This document shows positions 39,758 to 51,400 of a stretch of DNA of 64,000 bases, in pieces (the first letter of the stretch is position 1; each line of letters starts with the position of its first letter). The notes below the pieces were generated by a model. It searched no databases. It was given only the letters and a program-made list of their open reading frames with translations, and was not told the origin of the DNA. The DNA lies in assembly GCA_050084985.1 (NCBI GenBank), contig JBITNC010000001.1, positions 160,828,001 to 160,892,000 of the forward strand, written 5' to 3'. This stretch comes from Nageia nagi. Lineage: Eukaryota > Plantae > Pinophyta. The translations under genes were made by a program, and so were the position numbers.

Positions 39758-40046
39758 GGTACATTTTTCATGTCATCATAAGGAATTTATATGTCAACAT
39801 TTAACTATAATTTCATCAATCAAATGCATTAATGTATTTGATTTGCATGCCTTTCCCTAGGCTTTAAAAATTAATTCCAAGGATATTGCTTCACATACAT
39901 AGGGAGACTTCTATAAGGTACATTTTTCATGTTATCATAAGGAATTTATATGTCAACATTTAACTATAATTTCATCAATCAAATGCATTAATGTATTTGA
40001 TTTGCATGCCTTTCCCTAGGCTTTAAAATTTAATTCCAAGGATATT
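39723..40046 (+). repeat. near-identical 159-bp tandem duplication
   Basis: 39723-39881 is repeated at 39882-40040; GATATT microhomology at the junctions. Confidence 0.95.
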
Positions 40047-40808
40047 CTATCCCTATACCATTGCAAAATATCACAAAAAAAGAAATGAGTTTCAAAGAAT
40101 CGATACACAAACTAGGTTTTCCTACTTGTTGACTTATTTTTTCCTAGTTTATTTTGAATTTTAATGTATATATTTTGTTAAATAGTTCCTTGAATGGTTA
40201 TTACTTTTCTATATAGTTCATTCTGTTGGTTTGTTTTGTATTTTGATGTATATTGTTTGTTTTTAAGTGAAATTAAGCTTTCCATTTGATATTGAATGTT
40301 GGCTATTTGTTGACTATTGGTCCTCTTCACTAATGTGACTATTGCACTAAGGGATAATTCTTAGTTGAATTTTCTATTTTGCAATTTTACATACCTTTTT
40401 ATTATGAGAGATATCACTTATGAAACCTTGAGTTTCCTACACTATACAAACTTGAAGAAATAATAATAGGAATTTACATTCTAGTTTGTGAGGTTTTTCT
40501 TTACCAATTTGTTTCTGAATAGTACAAGCATTTTCTCATTTTGAGTGAGAGAGAGAGGGAGGAATGGTGATATTCTTAATAATGTACATAAAAGAATGAT
40601 TATAGATGAGAGTCTTGATTACAACTAGATTTTATCACAATTTATTTGTGATTTCAATTGTAGATCTTGCAACATAGTTGAATGTTTTACATCATTAATA
40701 ATTTAGCTTATAATTATTCGAGTAATATTTTTCCTTGAATTGAAAGTCAAGCATTATGAAAAATTGGATTATGTAGTTGATACCTGAAACTTGCAATCTT
40801 GGTTGCAA

Positions 40809-40985
40809 GCAACCTTTGGTTGTTAACTTAAGGATTATGCTTTTTTGACTCCTGATTTATGGAGGGAGATAAGATTCTCAAAATCACCATTCTAGGAATA
40901 CACAGATTTGCTGGAAAAACCTGGTAAGGCACTCATTATTGAGGATGATGTTGAGAAGGAAGTTGGTGCAGCACCAACCTTAGAA
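40809..40985 (+). pseudogene. RPS2: 40S ribosomal protein S2 (uS5) last-exon fragment
   Basis: Reads [38 protein letters not shown], versus plant uS5 [33 protein letters not shown]. Confidence 0.88.
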
Positions 40986-41914
40986 TATAACTATTCATTT
41001 TGTTTTTTAATTAATTATCCTATTTAGATGTTATTTTATACTTCATACTAAATAGTGAAGACATCATCTTGTTGAGGCTTAGATTTTAGGCCTTACATTG
41101 AGAATTTAAGAACCTTGAATTTTAGGTTAGATTTGCTCTATTATTTTTCAACATTACATTTTTAGTGGCAATGCTTTGTAGTAATTTTATCCATTTATGT
41201 GAGATAATTTGGCTTTTTGACATTTTGTTAGAAAACATTTATATTTGATTGTTTTGCTTTTGTCTCTCAATTTTCAAAAAATTATATTTAGAAATATTGG
41301 GCCAAAGCACAAAGTATGTGCAAACTAGAAAACTGACTCATGGAAAAATCTCTTTCCTTTCTATTTTGATTAAAAAAAATAGGTCAATTAAAGCAACAAA
41401 AACTTGAAACAACTCTAGACTTGCAAAATATGGTGGAACACCGTAATTTTAAACCATGCAACATTCAAAGTCAAGTAAACTTAATCCATTACTATAAAAA
41501 ACACACAAAATGGTAAAAAAACCTTCGAATACATATTTTATTTACATAATAATTATAATCATCATGGGGTTCCTTTACTTCCATTGATTAAAACAAAGGG
41601 TGCTATAAGTTGATACAAAATTTTCGAGCAAGTAGCAGAATCTATTATGAAAAGATATTTAAAAACCTAAACATCCTAACTAAGCACTACTCTTCATCTT
41701 CAACATTTTCTTGTCTAGATTCTTATGGGCAAAATTTATCTTCCCAATCATACTACCTTTTTAATTTCATTATTTTGTCACATGAAAGAGTAAGCATTTA
41801 GGTTTTCAACACTAAAAATTTGAGGGGGGTGAACATACTCTATGACATATTTAGTAATGGGAGATTCATATAAATAATTTATATAATCACATATAAACAC
41901 GGCAAGGGAAGTTA

Positions 41915-42070
41915 TGCACATTCATCAAAGAGTAGTCGAGACTGGGTTTTCATCAAATATTGTGGATGTGAATGCCCTAATATACGTGCATGCAAAATGT
42001 ATTTTACAAGATGCATGATTCAGACACAGGTTCACAAACTATAATGATCATATGATATGCACAAGATGCA
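41915..42070 (+). pseudogene. PPR fragment
   Basis: Reads HIHQRVVETGFSSNIVDVNALIYVHAKC..KMHDSD..YAQD. Confidence 0.75.
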
Positions 42071-42409
42071 CTTGCCTAGATTTCTTGCTTTAATTCATCT
42101 CCTTCCCCTGCTACCCCTCACCTGCGCAGATTCTATTCACATAATGAGGTTCATTTGAATTGTAATTCTAAATGGTTTTGATTCCTCCGGACTGATTATG
42201 GATGAAGCATTAACTGTAGGTTGGTGGTAAGGACGTCAGATTGATTATGGATGGATGGATGATGCATGGATATATGCATCAATCGAATTGAGGTTGATCG
42301 GAGGAAAGAGAGCCGAGGAGGTGGGACCAAATAACTATCACACAGAAAGAGTTAAGCTGGTCAATTACAATGTAGGAGACAAATAACTCCAGCGAAGAAA
42401 ACCTGGAGC

Positions 42410-42720
42410 CTCCTCTTTGCATACATGTGTATCAAGGTATTTATAACCATAACATTTGATGCAAAACTATTTTTAATTACTCTTTGATGGATGTTCATAC
42501 CTTCTTCTAGAGCTCCACGATGAGAATCACAACCACATCCGATATAAATGGAGGCAAATTGATCTGCTATCACTACTATTGTTGTTTGATGCATTTGGTA
42601 AAACAATGCCAATATCTGTAGAATAAAGCCATATCAAACACTTTATGGGTTTTGGTCAAACTTCCACAGTTGATATAAGAAAACATAAATTGATTCGCTG
42701 CAACATCACTTTGTTTCCTC
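42410..42720 (-). pseudogene. PPR fragment
   Basis: Reads MFSYINCGSLTKTHKVFD..ALFYQMHQ..ALEEGMNIHQRVIKNSFASNVMVINTLIHMYAK. Confidence 0.8.
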
Positions 42721-42770
42721 TTATAAAAATCATCATGAACTAACTTATACATTTAATAAAAAAACTTACC

Positions 42771-43060
42771 CAATGATGAAGAAGAGCACTTCATCTTTTA
42801 AATCTTGCATCACTATTTGGTTGCCAATACCATATTGGGAGGCAAAAGAAACATGAACACCACCAAGATCGATTGTTGTTTTGTATATACTTTGTTTGGA
42901 GGACGTGGGAATGTAAAACAAGGATCTCAAGGTTGCATTCGTGGCAAAGTAATCTTCCCCATGGTAACATAATTTTGGATCTATGTCATTCTCGCAAATA
43001 GTTCTCAAATTATCTAGGGGAGTTCCATGGAAGGCATAGTGAATACGATATTCTTTACAG
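42771..43060 (-). pseudogene. ADP-ribosyltransferase / PARP-catalytic-like exon
   Basis: Stop-free exon between TTTGCAG and G|GTAAG. Reads YAFHGTPLDNLRTICENDIDPKLCYHGEDYFATNA..SLFY (FHGT and YF/Y motifs of HY-type ARTs). Confidence 0.65.
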
Positions 43061-43719
43061 CTGCAAATAAAATTAACAATGGCCTTTGTCAAACACAAAA
43101 TAAGTCTGATTATACTTCTATAACTATAGTATTGTTAAACATACAAGAAAATCTAAATAACTAAAAGATATTAATTATATAAATTCAATCTAAAATATGT
43201 AATCTATCCACGTAAAATATCTGGAATATTATTTTGAGAGATGCAATTTTGTATTGAGATGCCTTTTCTACAATTATGCTTGTAAAGAACATTGAACTGC
43301 ATAGATTCTCCTGCAAACAATCTCTTATTTATCAAATTTATTATAAAAATAAGGAAAAATATCTAAAATACCTTAAAATTTTCTTGAAATTTCAAAAATA
43401 CCCTCATAATTTCTAAACTATCCAAAGTATTCTTATCACATGAAAAAAAGGTGAAATAATATTACAAAATAATGAATAAACTATAAACTACCACTCTTCC
43501 CCATCTTGTGAAGAATAGTGCTCTTTCCTACCTTCTCTTTTCTGCATTCTAGTAGTCTCTTACACTTTCTCTCCTCTTCCTTGAATTCAAGAATATACAG
43601 TTCATTTTCACCTCTCATTTCTCCTGTACTACTTTTCCACCCATGCCCTTCTGAATTTCAACTTCTCATCATTGTTGCTACTATTCAATTATGAATTTTT
43701 AATCACCGCTTAAGTTTGG

Positions 43720-44509
43720 AGATCAATCAAATTTCTCCCAAATGCACCTTTCTCCCCTCTTACCATTTACCATGCAATAGGTTGGGTATAGCATTCAATG
43801 ACCTAAATAAACAAATAAATTTGTAGCTATACAAGTAACCAACATTGTGTTGTTAGGGCTAATGAGTGGTAGAAGCGAAACTGATGTTGCACAATAAATC
43901 TATCTCTGATGGCATTTTTAATTCTTATAATGAATCCTACAAAGAGGAGAAGAGGCTTGGGGAATAGTCTCCCTCATCTCTAAAGGAGAAAAATGATCTA
44001 GAACATCAAAATCATTGTAAACAATCCCAGGAGAAGGAGATTGATACCAAAGATCTAGGATATTCCAGTAGCATTGTCCTTGAGATGAGTACAAATGACC
44101 CTAATTATACTAAAGCATATGAAATTTCTCATGAAGATTCACAAATTCACTGCAAACCATAGGTGATTAGTACCCAAGAATTAGAATATTCTTATGGAGA
44201 TATAATTGAAAAGGAGAAGTTCCAGCTAGAGACCCCTCCATTTTTTAACATATAAATATATATTTAATTTCAAATCTAAACTCATAACAACATTTCATTT
44301 ATAATTTAGAAATCAATCGAATTTCTCCCAAACACACCTTTCTCCCATCTTACTATTTACCATGCAGTAGGTTAGGTATACCATTCAGTGACCTAAACAA
44401 ACAAAGAGATTTACAACTATACGGGCAATCAACATTTTGTTATTGGAGCTAACGAGCGATAAAAGGGAAATCGATGTTGGGCAAGTTTGTATCTGATGGT
44501 ATTTTTAAT

Positions 44510-44510
<1 letters not shown>
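43720..44510 (+). repeat. ~200-bp dispersed direct repeat (43720-43925 and 44309-44510)
   Basis: AATTTCTCCCAAA..CACCTTTCTCCC..TTTACCATGCA..GACCTAAA..GATGTTG occurs twice. Confidence 0.85.

Positions 44511-44511
<1 letters not shown>

Positions 44512-44543
<32 letters not shown>
44512..44543. repeat. (AT)n microsatellite
   Basis: Perfect AT dinucleotide run. Confidence 0.95.
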
Positions 44544-44545
<2 letters not shown>

Positions 44546-44659
44546 AAATTGTTGGATAAATGGTACATCTTCAATTACATGTAAATTTAATTGGATGACA
44601 TGTATGTAAATTAGGGAAAAATGACATGGGAGCTATTTGAAAAAAGGTAGAATACAATC

Positions 44660-45900
44660 ATGGCATTTACTATTGGAGCAATTTTCCATGTAATGTAGCT
44701 CTGAAAATTGGAATTAAATAAGATGCAATTGCTCATAACTATGAAGAAAGGATTTTAAAGTTTGATACACATCAATACATTGTTGTGTGCTCCAAACAAT
44801 AATCTCCTTAGTGTATTCATGCCTCCAAACTAGCAGACACCAATGAATTTATCATCAAGATATCAAATACAAAACACACATGCATGGATACCCAACATAT
44901 TTTCAACCATCATGTTGATATCAATTGGGTTGCTTCCAAGGTTAAGGCTAGACTATAAGATGTATCTACATATCATGCAACAAAAATTACAAAGGATTTG
45001 CGATGAAATGAGGGTGTCACCATATCCTATTTGCAATCATGGAATGAAAAAAAACATGCAAATAATGAGCTGATTGGGTCATTCGAGGATGGCTATTAAA
45101 GGTATGAAAGCATTATTCTTAGCTCAAACTTGCAAATTTGGGAAGCATTGTTGATGTTAAGGATGAGAATAGTCACTTCCATTATCTATTCATTGCATAT
45201 GATGCTGCTCTTCATGGCTTTTCTCATTATCAACCAAGATCAATGGCAAGCACTTGCAAGGGAAATACCTTGGAACATTGATGGCTTCCATAGGTGTTGA
45301 TGTGGAAGGAGCACTATTTCCAATTGCATTCATTATTGTTCCTACAAAGAATGATGCAAATAGGATGTGGTTCCTGACAAAGCTGCAACATGCCATTATA
45401 ATGCATGCTCCTATCAAACAAGAATATACTTTCCTATCATATCATTAGAAGGGCCTCATCAAAGGGTTTAAACATGCTTTCCCTACTGGTAAGCATGCTT
45501 TTTGCATGTGCCATCTAATTGAGAATTTTTGCAGGCTATTCAAAAATCTTATGATAGTTGGTTATCTATGGAAAGCAACATATGCATCAACAAGTGAATT
45601 TTAGATATAAATTGAACATATTTTAGTAATATATCAAGTATATACAACATGGATTCAAGACTCAGAGCCTAGATTTTGGGCAGCTACCTATTTTCAAGAT
45701 CGATGATTTTGGTATTTCACTTCAAATATTTCAAATTCATTTAATGCATGGATCCTTGAGGCACATGATAAGCCTATGATTTTGATGATGAAGCATATTC
45801 ATCATCAGATTATGATATGGTATGATGAATGGCGAGTGACTGGTTTTCATTTAGATTTGCATCTCATCCTAAGTTGGTTGGTTAGATTGCATCAACACAA
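44660..45900 (+). pseudogene. classical MuDR transposase (MULE domain)
   Basis: Reads INGKHLQGKYLGTLMASIGVDVEGALFPIAF..WFL..YTFLSYH*KGLIKG..HAFCMCHL..TSNISNSFNAWI. Confidence 0.88.
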
Positions 45901-47689
45901 AATAAAGACTTAATCTTAAAATATTGTAAGCTTGGTGTTGTTTGTTTGTTTACATTTGGATCAAGTTTTTTTCATTTTTCTTATATGTTTATCAAGCTTA
46001 CTTGTTTAAAATTCTTAAAATGGACTCTAATTTTGAAGATCCTTCAAGCTCTATCGTTCACACTTCTCAACAACAAATGGATCCATTTAAAAAATCTCAA
46101 AATGTGCAAAGTATACAAAATTTGGACAAAATCAACAAAGTGTACAACAACCTTTCTTGGATATTTCAAATACACTACAAGTTTCAATGGCAAACTCATA
46201 TAGTGTACCAAATTACTCAACTCAAAAGTATCACAAAATTTGAAAGCTTAACAAAATATTAATGCATTACAAAATCTTGTGGCATAACTATACCATGAGG
46301 CTCAACTTCAAGCAAAAGTTAATGTTGTATAACAAACTTTGTTGCATAATGCAACTAGTGCACAACTAAATAAATGTAAATATCAACAAGCTTAATAAGC
46401 CTCACAATTTAAAATGCAACATCAATCTTATAGGCAAAAAAATGGTAATCAAGGTCAAGATCCAAGACATGGAGATAGATTTCCTTCATTGGGAGAACCT
46501 TTATCTCAAATATTTAAAAAGTTTGATGAAGATAAATTACTAATATTACCAGAAGTTCATTGGGATCCAAGTTGGACATCTAAATATTGGTATATAGATG
46601 ATGACTTTTATAATTTTTATAGAGTCCAAGGGCATAGTACTGATTAGTACCTAGCTTTGAGGAAAGTGGTACAAAGCTTCATCAACTATTTAAAGTAGGT
46701 TTCCAATGGTCCATCAACAAATCCAAATCATAATTTAGGAGTATTCCAAAATCCACTACCTCAACTAAATGATATTCATGTTGGCTTAATTTTATTTTCT
46801 CAACAAATGAATGGCAATCATATACAAAAGCAACTAAAAGAAACAAAAGTTTTAAGTTCAAATATTATGGCACCAAGAGTACAAAATGCAATGGGGAAAC
46901 CATAGTTCCTACATTATCTAATGAGATAATAAATGAACCTATCTTACGAGTTGTTGAGTTGGGAGAATATATAATCTTGGAGGATATTTCTTTTCACAAT
47001 GATGATGAGATTGATACCCCATTATTATCCTTGGATGCTTCAGCATTTGGGGAATACACACATGTCAATCAAGGTTCATATGTGCCTCCATAAACTATAG
47101 GGTATGGCCTACACTCGATGTTGTTACTTGTTAGGACAACTTCAATCACTATTCAGTCACAACAACAAGTACAAGAAGTTGAGCAAACATCTTTTATGGG
47201 GATGGTAAATGAAACAAAAAAAGCTCAACTACCACCAATATTAAGATAACAAAAGAAACATATGGAAAAATAATCTCAAAAGAAAAATCTTATTACTTTG
47301 GAAGAATTTCCATCAGAAATAATGCAAAGAGTGCTTAAAGTAAATCTCATAACATTACCTAATGTAAAGCGCAATCCATATGCTTCAAAAAGACCTTAGT
47401 AAAAGAAGACAAATTATGTGATTATCATATGGTTAAAGGACATAATACCAATGGATGTAAGCTATTGAAACAAGTCCTCCACAAAGTTTTTGCATCAAAT
47501 AAATAAGTGTTGAGCTCCAACATATGGCATATCATATTGGAACATGGGAGTCAATACTAGAGCCTCATCCTCTTTTATGCTTATCCATTAGTGGATGCTT
47601 TAGGGTAGGAAAAAGTCACTCATATCCCACATTATACATGATCTTGCCATATTCATTGTATTATATTATTGTAAATAGATTGTTGCATA

Positions 47690-47815
47690 CAACCATTGTG
47701 TATCCTTGTATATAGCCATCATGTATCCATTGTATATAGCCATTGTGTATCCATTATTTATAGCCATTGTGTATCCTTGTATATATCTATTGTGTGATCA
47801 TTGTGTATAACCATG
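47690..47815 (+). repeat. ~23-bp tandem repeat
   Basis: CCATTGTGTATCC(A)TTGTATATAG repeated about five times. Confidence 0.85.
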
Positions 47816-48114
47816 GTGTTTTCCTTCGGGTATTAAAAAAAATAACATAAAAAAAAAGAGAGCAAAACTTGAGAAAGTGAATCGACTAAAAATCAAATGA
47901 AGAGCTAATTTGGTATCTTAACTAAAGAAAGGCTTTGAATACAAGAACTTAACATGATCAAAAAGCACTTATAATGAAAAATGATATTTTGTTGACCATA
48001 CCTTATTCATCCAGTTTCCATTATTTGAGAGGTGGGGTATTAGCTATCTCAAATCAAGATCAATACCACCTTATCCTACCACATTGGATTTCGCATTATC
48101 CTTGAGTATAATCC

Positions 48115-48400
48115 TTTACTTTCCATTTAACATAAGGAAAAGGTATCATTCTAGTGTTGTACTCATACTGTGAGCTTTATCCTCCTTATGATCCATTCAA
48201 CATGGGGTAAGGGGGGCATTTATTTATGATCCATTCAACATGGGGTAAAGAATTCACTATCCTCCATAACTATTTTGAGCATAATCCCTTGTGATCCATT
48301 CAACATGGGGAAAGGTTATCCTTAGCATTTTCATCTTTATGATCTATTTAACATGAGGCAAAGTTGTTATCTTGCTTTGCTTTCCATACACTGGGGCAAA
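48115..48400 (+). repeat. spaced GATCCATTCAACATGGGG repeats
   Basis: About six degenerate copies separated by variable sequence, typical of Tat-clade 3' UTRs. Confidence 0.7.
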
Positions 48401-51400
48401 ATCACTATTATCATGACCACATCCTTGAACTATAACATGTTATAAGTCAAGCACTTCACGTATTGCCCCAAGTTGGAATATACAATATTGATCTTATCTT
48501 AGAGAGCATTTCACATGTGTCTTATTATATTTTGATACATAGAATACCTACATTCATAAACTATTATTGGTTAGCAAAACATTATTGAGCATTACCATAC
48601 AAACATTGGTCAAATTCTAAAATTCTAAAATGATCAAATTCAAAAGTTCAAAGTTTCAAAAAGCTTAAATATCAAAATTTAAAAATTTCAAAATATCTTA
48701 CCTTCTAAATCAACCAATGCTTTGTTAAACTTCGCTTTGTTTATCCATAAAACCATCATTTAAGGGGCAAGTTACTTACATATATCTTATATGAATCAAT
48801 TCCTAAATCCTACAAGTTATGGATACATGGAAAATCATATATGTTAGCTCAAAACCATCATGTAATTTTATTTTTAACCATATGAATGTCACAAAATGGG
48901 TAGGTCTATGTATCCTTCCACACTAAGTTTTCACACGCGTAGCACACAACACATTGGGAAGAAAGTATTCTCTTTCCACACTTTCACACATCGATTTTTG
49001 AGCTAGGGCATATGATTTATTTTATGTTGTCATAAATTTAGACATATCCTACATTGATTCATAATTGGGATACATTTTACACTTGTTTCTCAACATTGGG
49101 TAAGTATAAATGCTTACATCCATAACTACATACTCATATTACAACCTAGCATCATTTGAATATTGAGTAGGTGTAAGAGCTTACAATTATATGCACTTAT
49201 ATTAGGGCAAGGTTGTTCCTAATGCACACACAACAAATTTCAAATTTCAAAAATTGAATTCAAAAGTGCAAATTTTTAATTTTCAAATGCAAAAAACTTC
49301 TATTATAAAAATGAAAAGTTTTATTTCAAAATTGAAAAGAAGTGTGTTCAAAAGAAAAATTGTTCAATTGTTCAAAGTTTTCAAATTCAAAGTATTAAAA
49401 AATTAGTTCACATTTTCAAATGTTCAAAGTTTTAGAATTGCCAAATGTTCAAATTTTAAAGTTTAAAATTGTTCAATTTTGTTCAAAAGTTCAAATTGCA
49501 AAATATTCAAGTATTTTCTCAACTAACATCCAAGTATCTACACTTGTTGAACTAAGTCTTTTGTGCAAAATACCTAGTCCAATAGGGAAAAATGTAGACA
49601 CTAAAAAATAACATTTTTTGAGTAGATATGTGTTATTGCATTAATATGGCTTGATTCATTACTTTATTTACTCCTAATATTTTATCATGCAAACTTTTCA
49701 AATGTTCAAATTAGACCAAAAAGTGACTTAAACACAAAAAAGGAGCAAAAGTGATATCTACTCATTTCACTTAAGTTAACCATGGAGGTATATAACTCAA
49801 TGTCAAATTAGAAATTGCTCTCCTAACTCATTATTGTAATTTGCTCACTTGTGATTTATGCTCATAACACTTTTGCTCTAAGATTGCTAAGAGGGTTTGA
49901 AGCTAGGGTTTGAAGGATTTTCTCAAGGGTTACATGCTTTTGAAGGATCTCTCACCATTACAAGCCAAGGATCTTCATGCTACCATACTTAGGGTAATAT
50001 TATTGTAACAAATATCAGTTCATATTTCAAATATACTTGTATGTTCAAGGTTTTTACAAGTTTTGGAGATCTCTCAACCATGGAAAAGCTTAGATCTATC
50101 AAGCATTGTATTCTCCACCAAATTATGTGCATATAGTATGAGGTTTAGGGTTAAATCATGATATCTTGCATTTTCACCATTAGAATTGTTGTTTGAATCA
50201 TATTAGCTTAAATATACATTGTGAACATTCACTGGATCTTATGAGTATCCTTGAATCTCATTGATTCAAGGATCTTTGCATTTAAAGCATTTTAAGGTTT
50301 TCAAAGTTTAAAGTGTTAGATCTTGAATTTAGCCATCAAAACATGTAAAGATTGCTTCCATATTTTGAATCCATCATTGAATTTGTCCAAAGAAGACATA
50401 AACTAAAGCATTTGCATAATAGGCATACATAATTCATTTGTTCTCAATTAATTGAGGGCTTGGGGGCTCACATGCCATTTGAAGTAAGGAGACTCACTTC
50501 ATGCTCACCTAGGTACCTCAAAGGGCCTAGGTTTGGAGGTCCCCTTTCCCATTTAGATGCATTTAGGGTTTCTTTATATTCTTACAAAGTTTGAGCTTCA
50601 TATTCCAAGATCTAGACCTACCTTTATCAAGATTGCTAACTAATGCTCATTAAGTAAAGTAGAGTTGTGTAATTTGAAGTTTATGTGTGTATTTGATTTA
50701 TTTATGCTAGTTAAGCTACATATAGCATGAATTTCAACATACAATTGGGTTGAGAGTTTATTGAGGATCAAGAAAGGTCTTATTCTTGTATGATATGCAT
50801 CCTACCCTAGATGCATAGTTTATTTCATACCAATCCATTATCACATCAAACACGTAGCAAATAATCTAATCCATGAATTATAAACATTTGTTCAATGCTC
50901 CATTCCTAATCTTGAGAGGGTAAAATCTCAATTAAGAACTACCTCTCTTTGTTGATCATGGAAAAATTTAAAAATATCACACAAGTGTTTAAAAACTTAT
51001 TTCATACTATCATTATTATTCAAAAAATTATCCATATCATTTCCATCATCTTCATACAACCCAACATAGGAAATAATGAGTAAAATTAAAATAACTTCTA
51101 AAGAATATGTAATATCAAATTCTTATAAAATCTACACTAATCATTTGAGATATATAACATATTATTTTATAACATTTATATTGAACCTTTATATTTTTAA
51201 ACTAATAAAGCAAATATCAAATGAGAATATTGAATCACAAAAGGTTAAACGAGGTCCATAAGAATCGATGTTGGAAATTAAAAAGGTCCTCTAAATATAG
51301 ACATAGTCTAAGCTTCTAAAACTTGTAAGGAGACGCAATTAAGACTAAGATAGACCTTTCTTTGTTTTTCTTTTCGGTTAAAGGCAATGGTCTATGTTAA

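Larger units (their letters stand above)
43352..45900 (+). mobile_element. MuDR/Mutator element remnant (left end plus transposase)
   Basis: GGAAAAATATCTAAAATACC-type left terminus followed by a decayed MuDR transposase. Right end not found. Confidence 0.6.
46020..50739 (+). mobile_element. pol-less Tat-like Gypsy remnant with gag fragments and 3' LTR
   Basis: Gag-like FYNFYRVQGHSTD..L and NPNHNLGVFQNPLP, plus a second CDYHMVKGHNTNGC motif. PPT AATAGGGAAAAA precedes an LTR TGTAGACA (49593)...TTTCAACA (50739). Confidence 0.7.

Noticed and set aside
48115-48400. Repeat-spacer pattern resembling CRISPR
   Set aside because: Irregular spacing, degenerate repeats, and location inside a retroelement 3' UTR.
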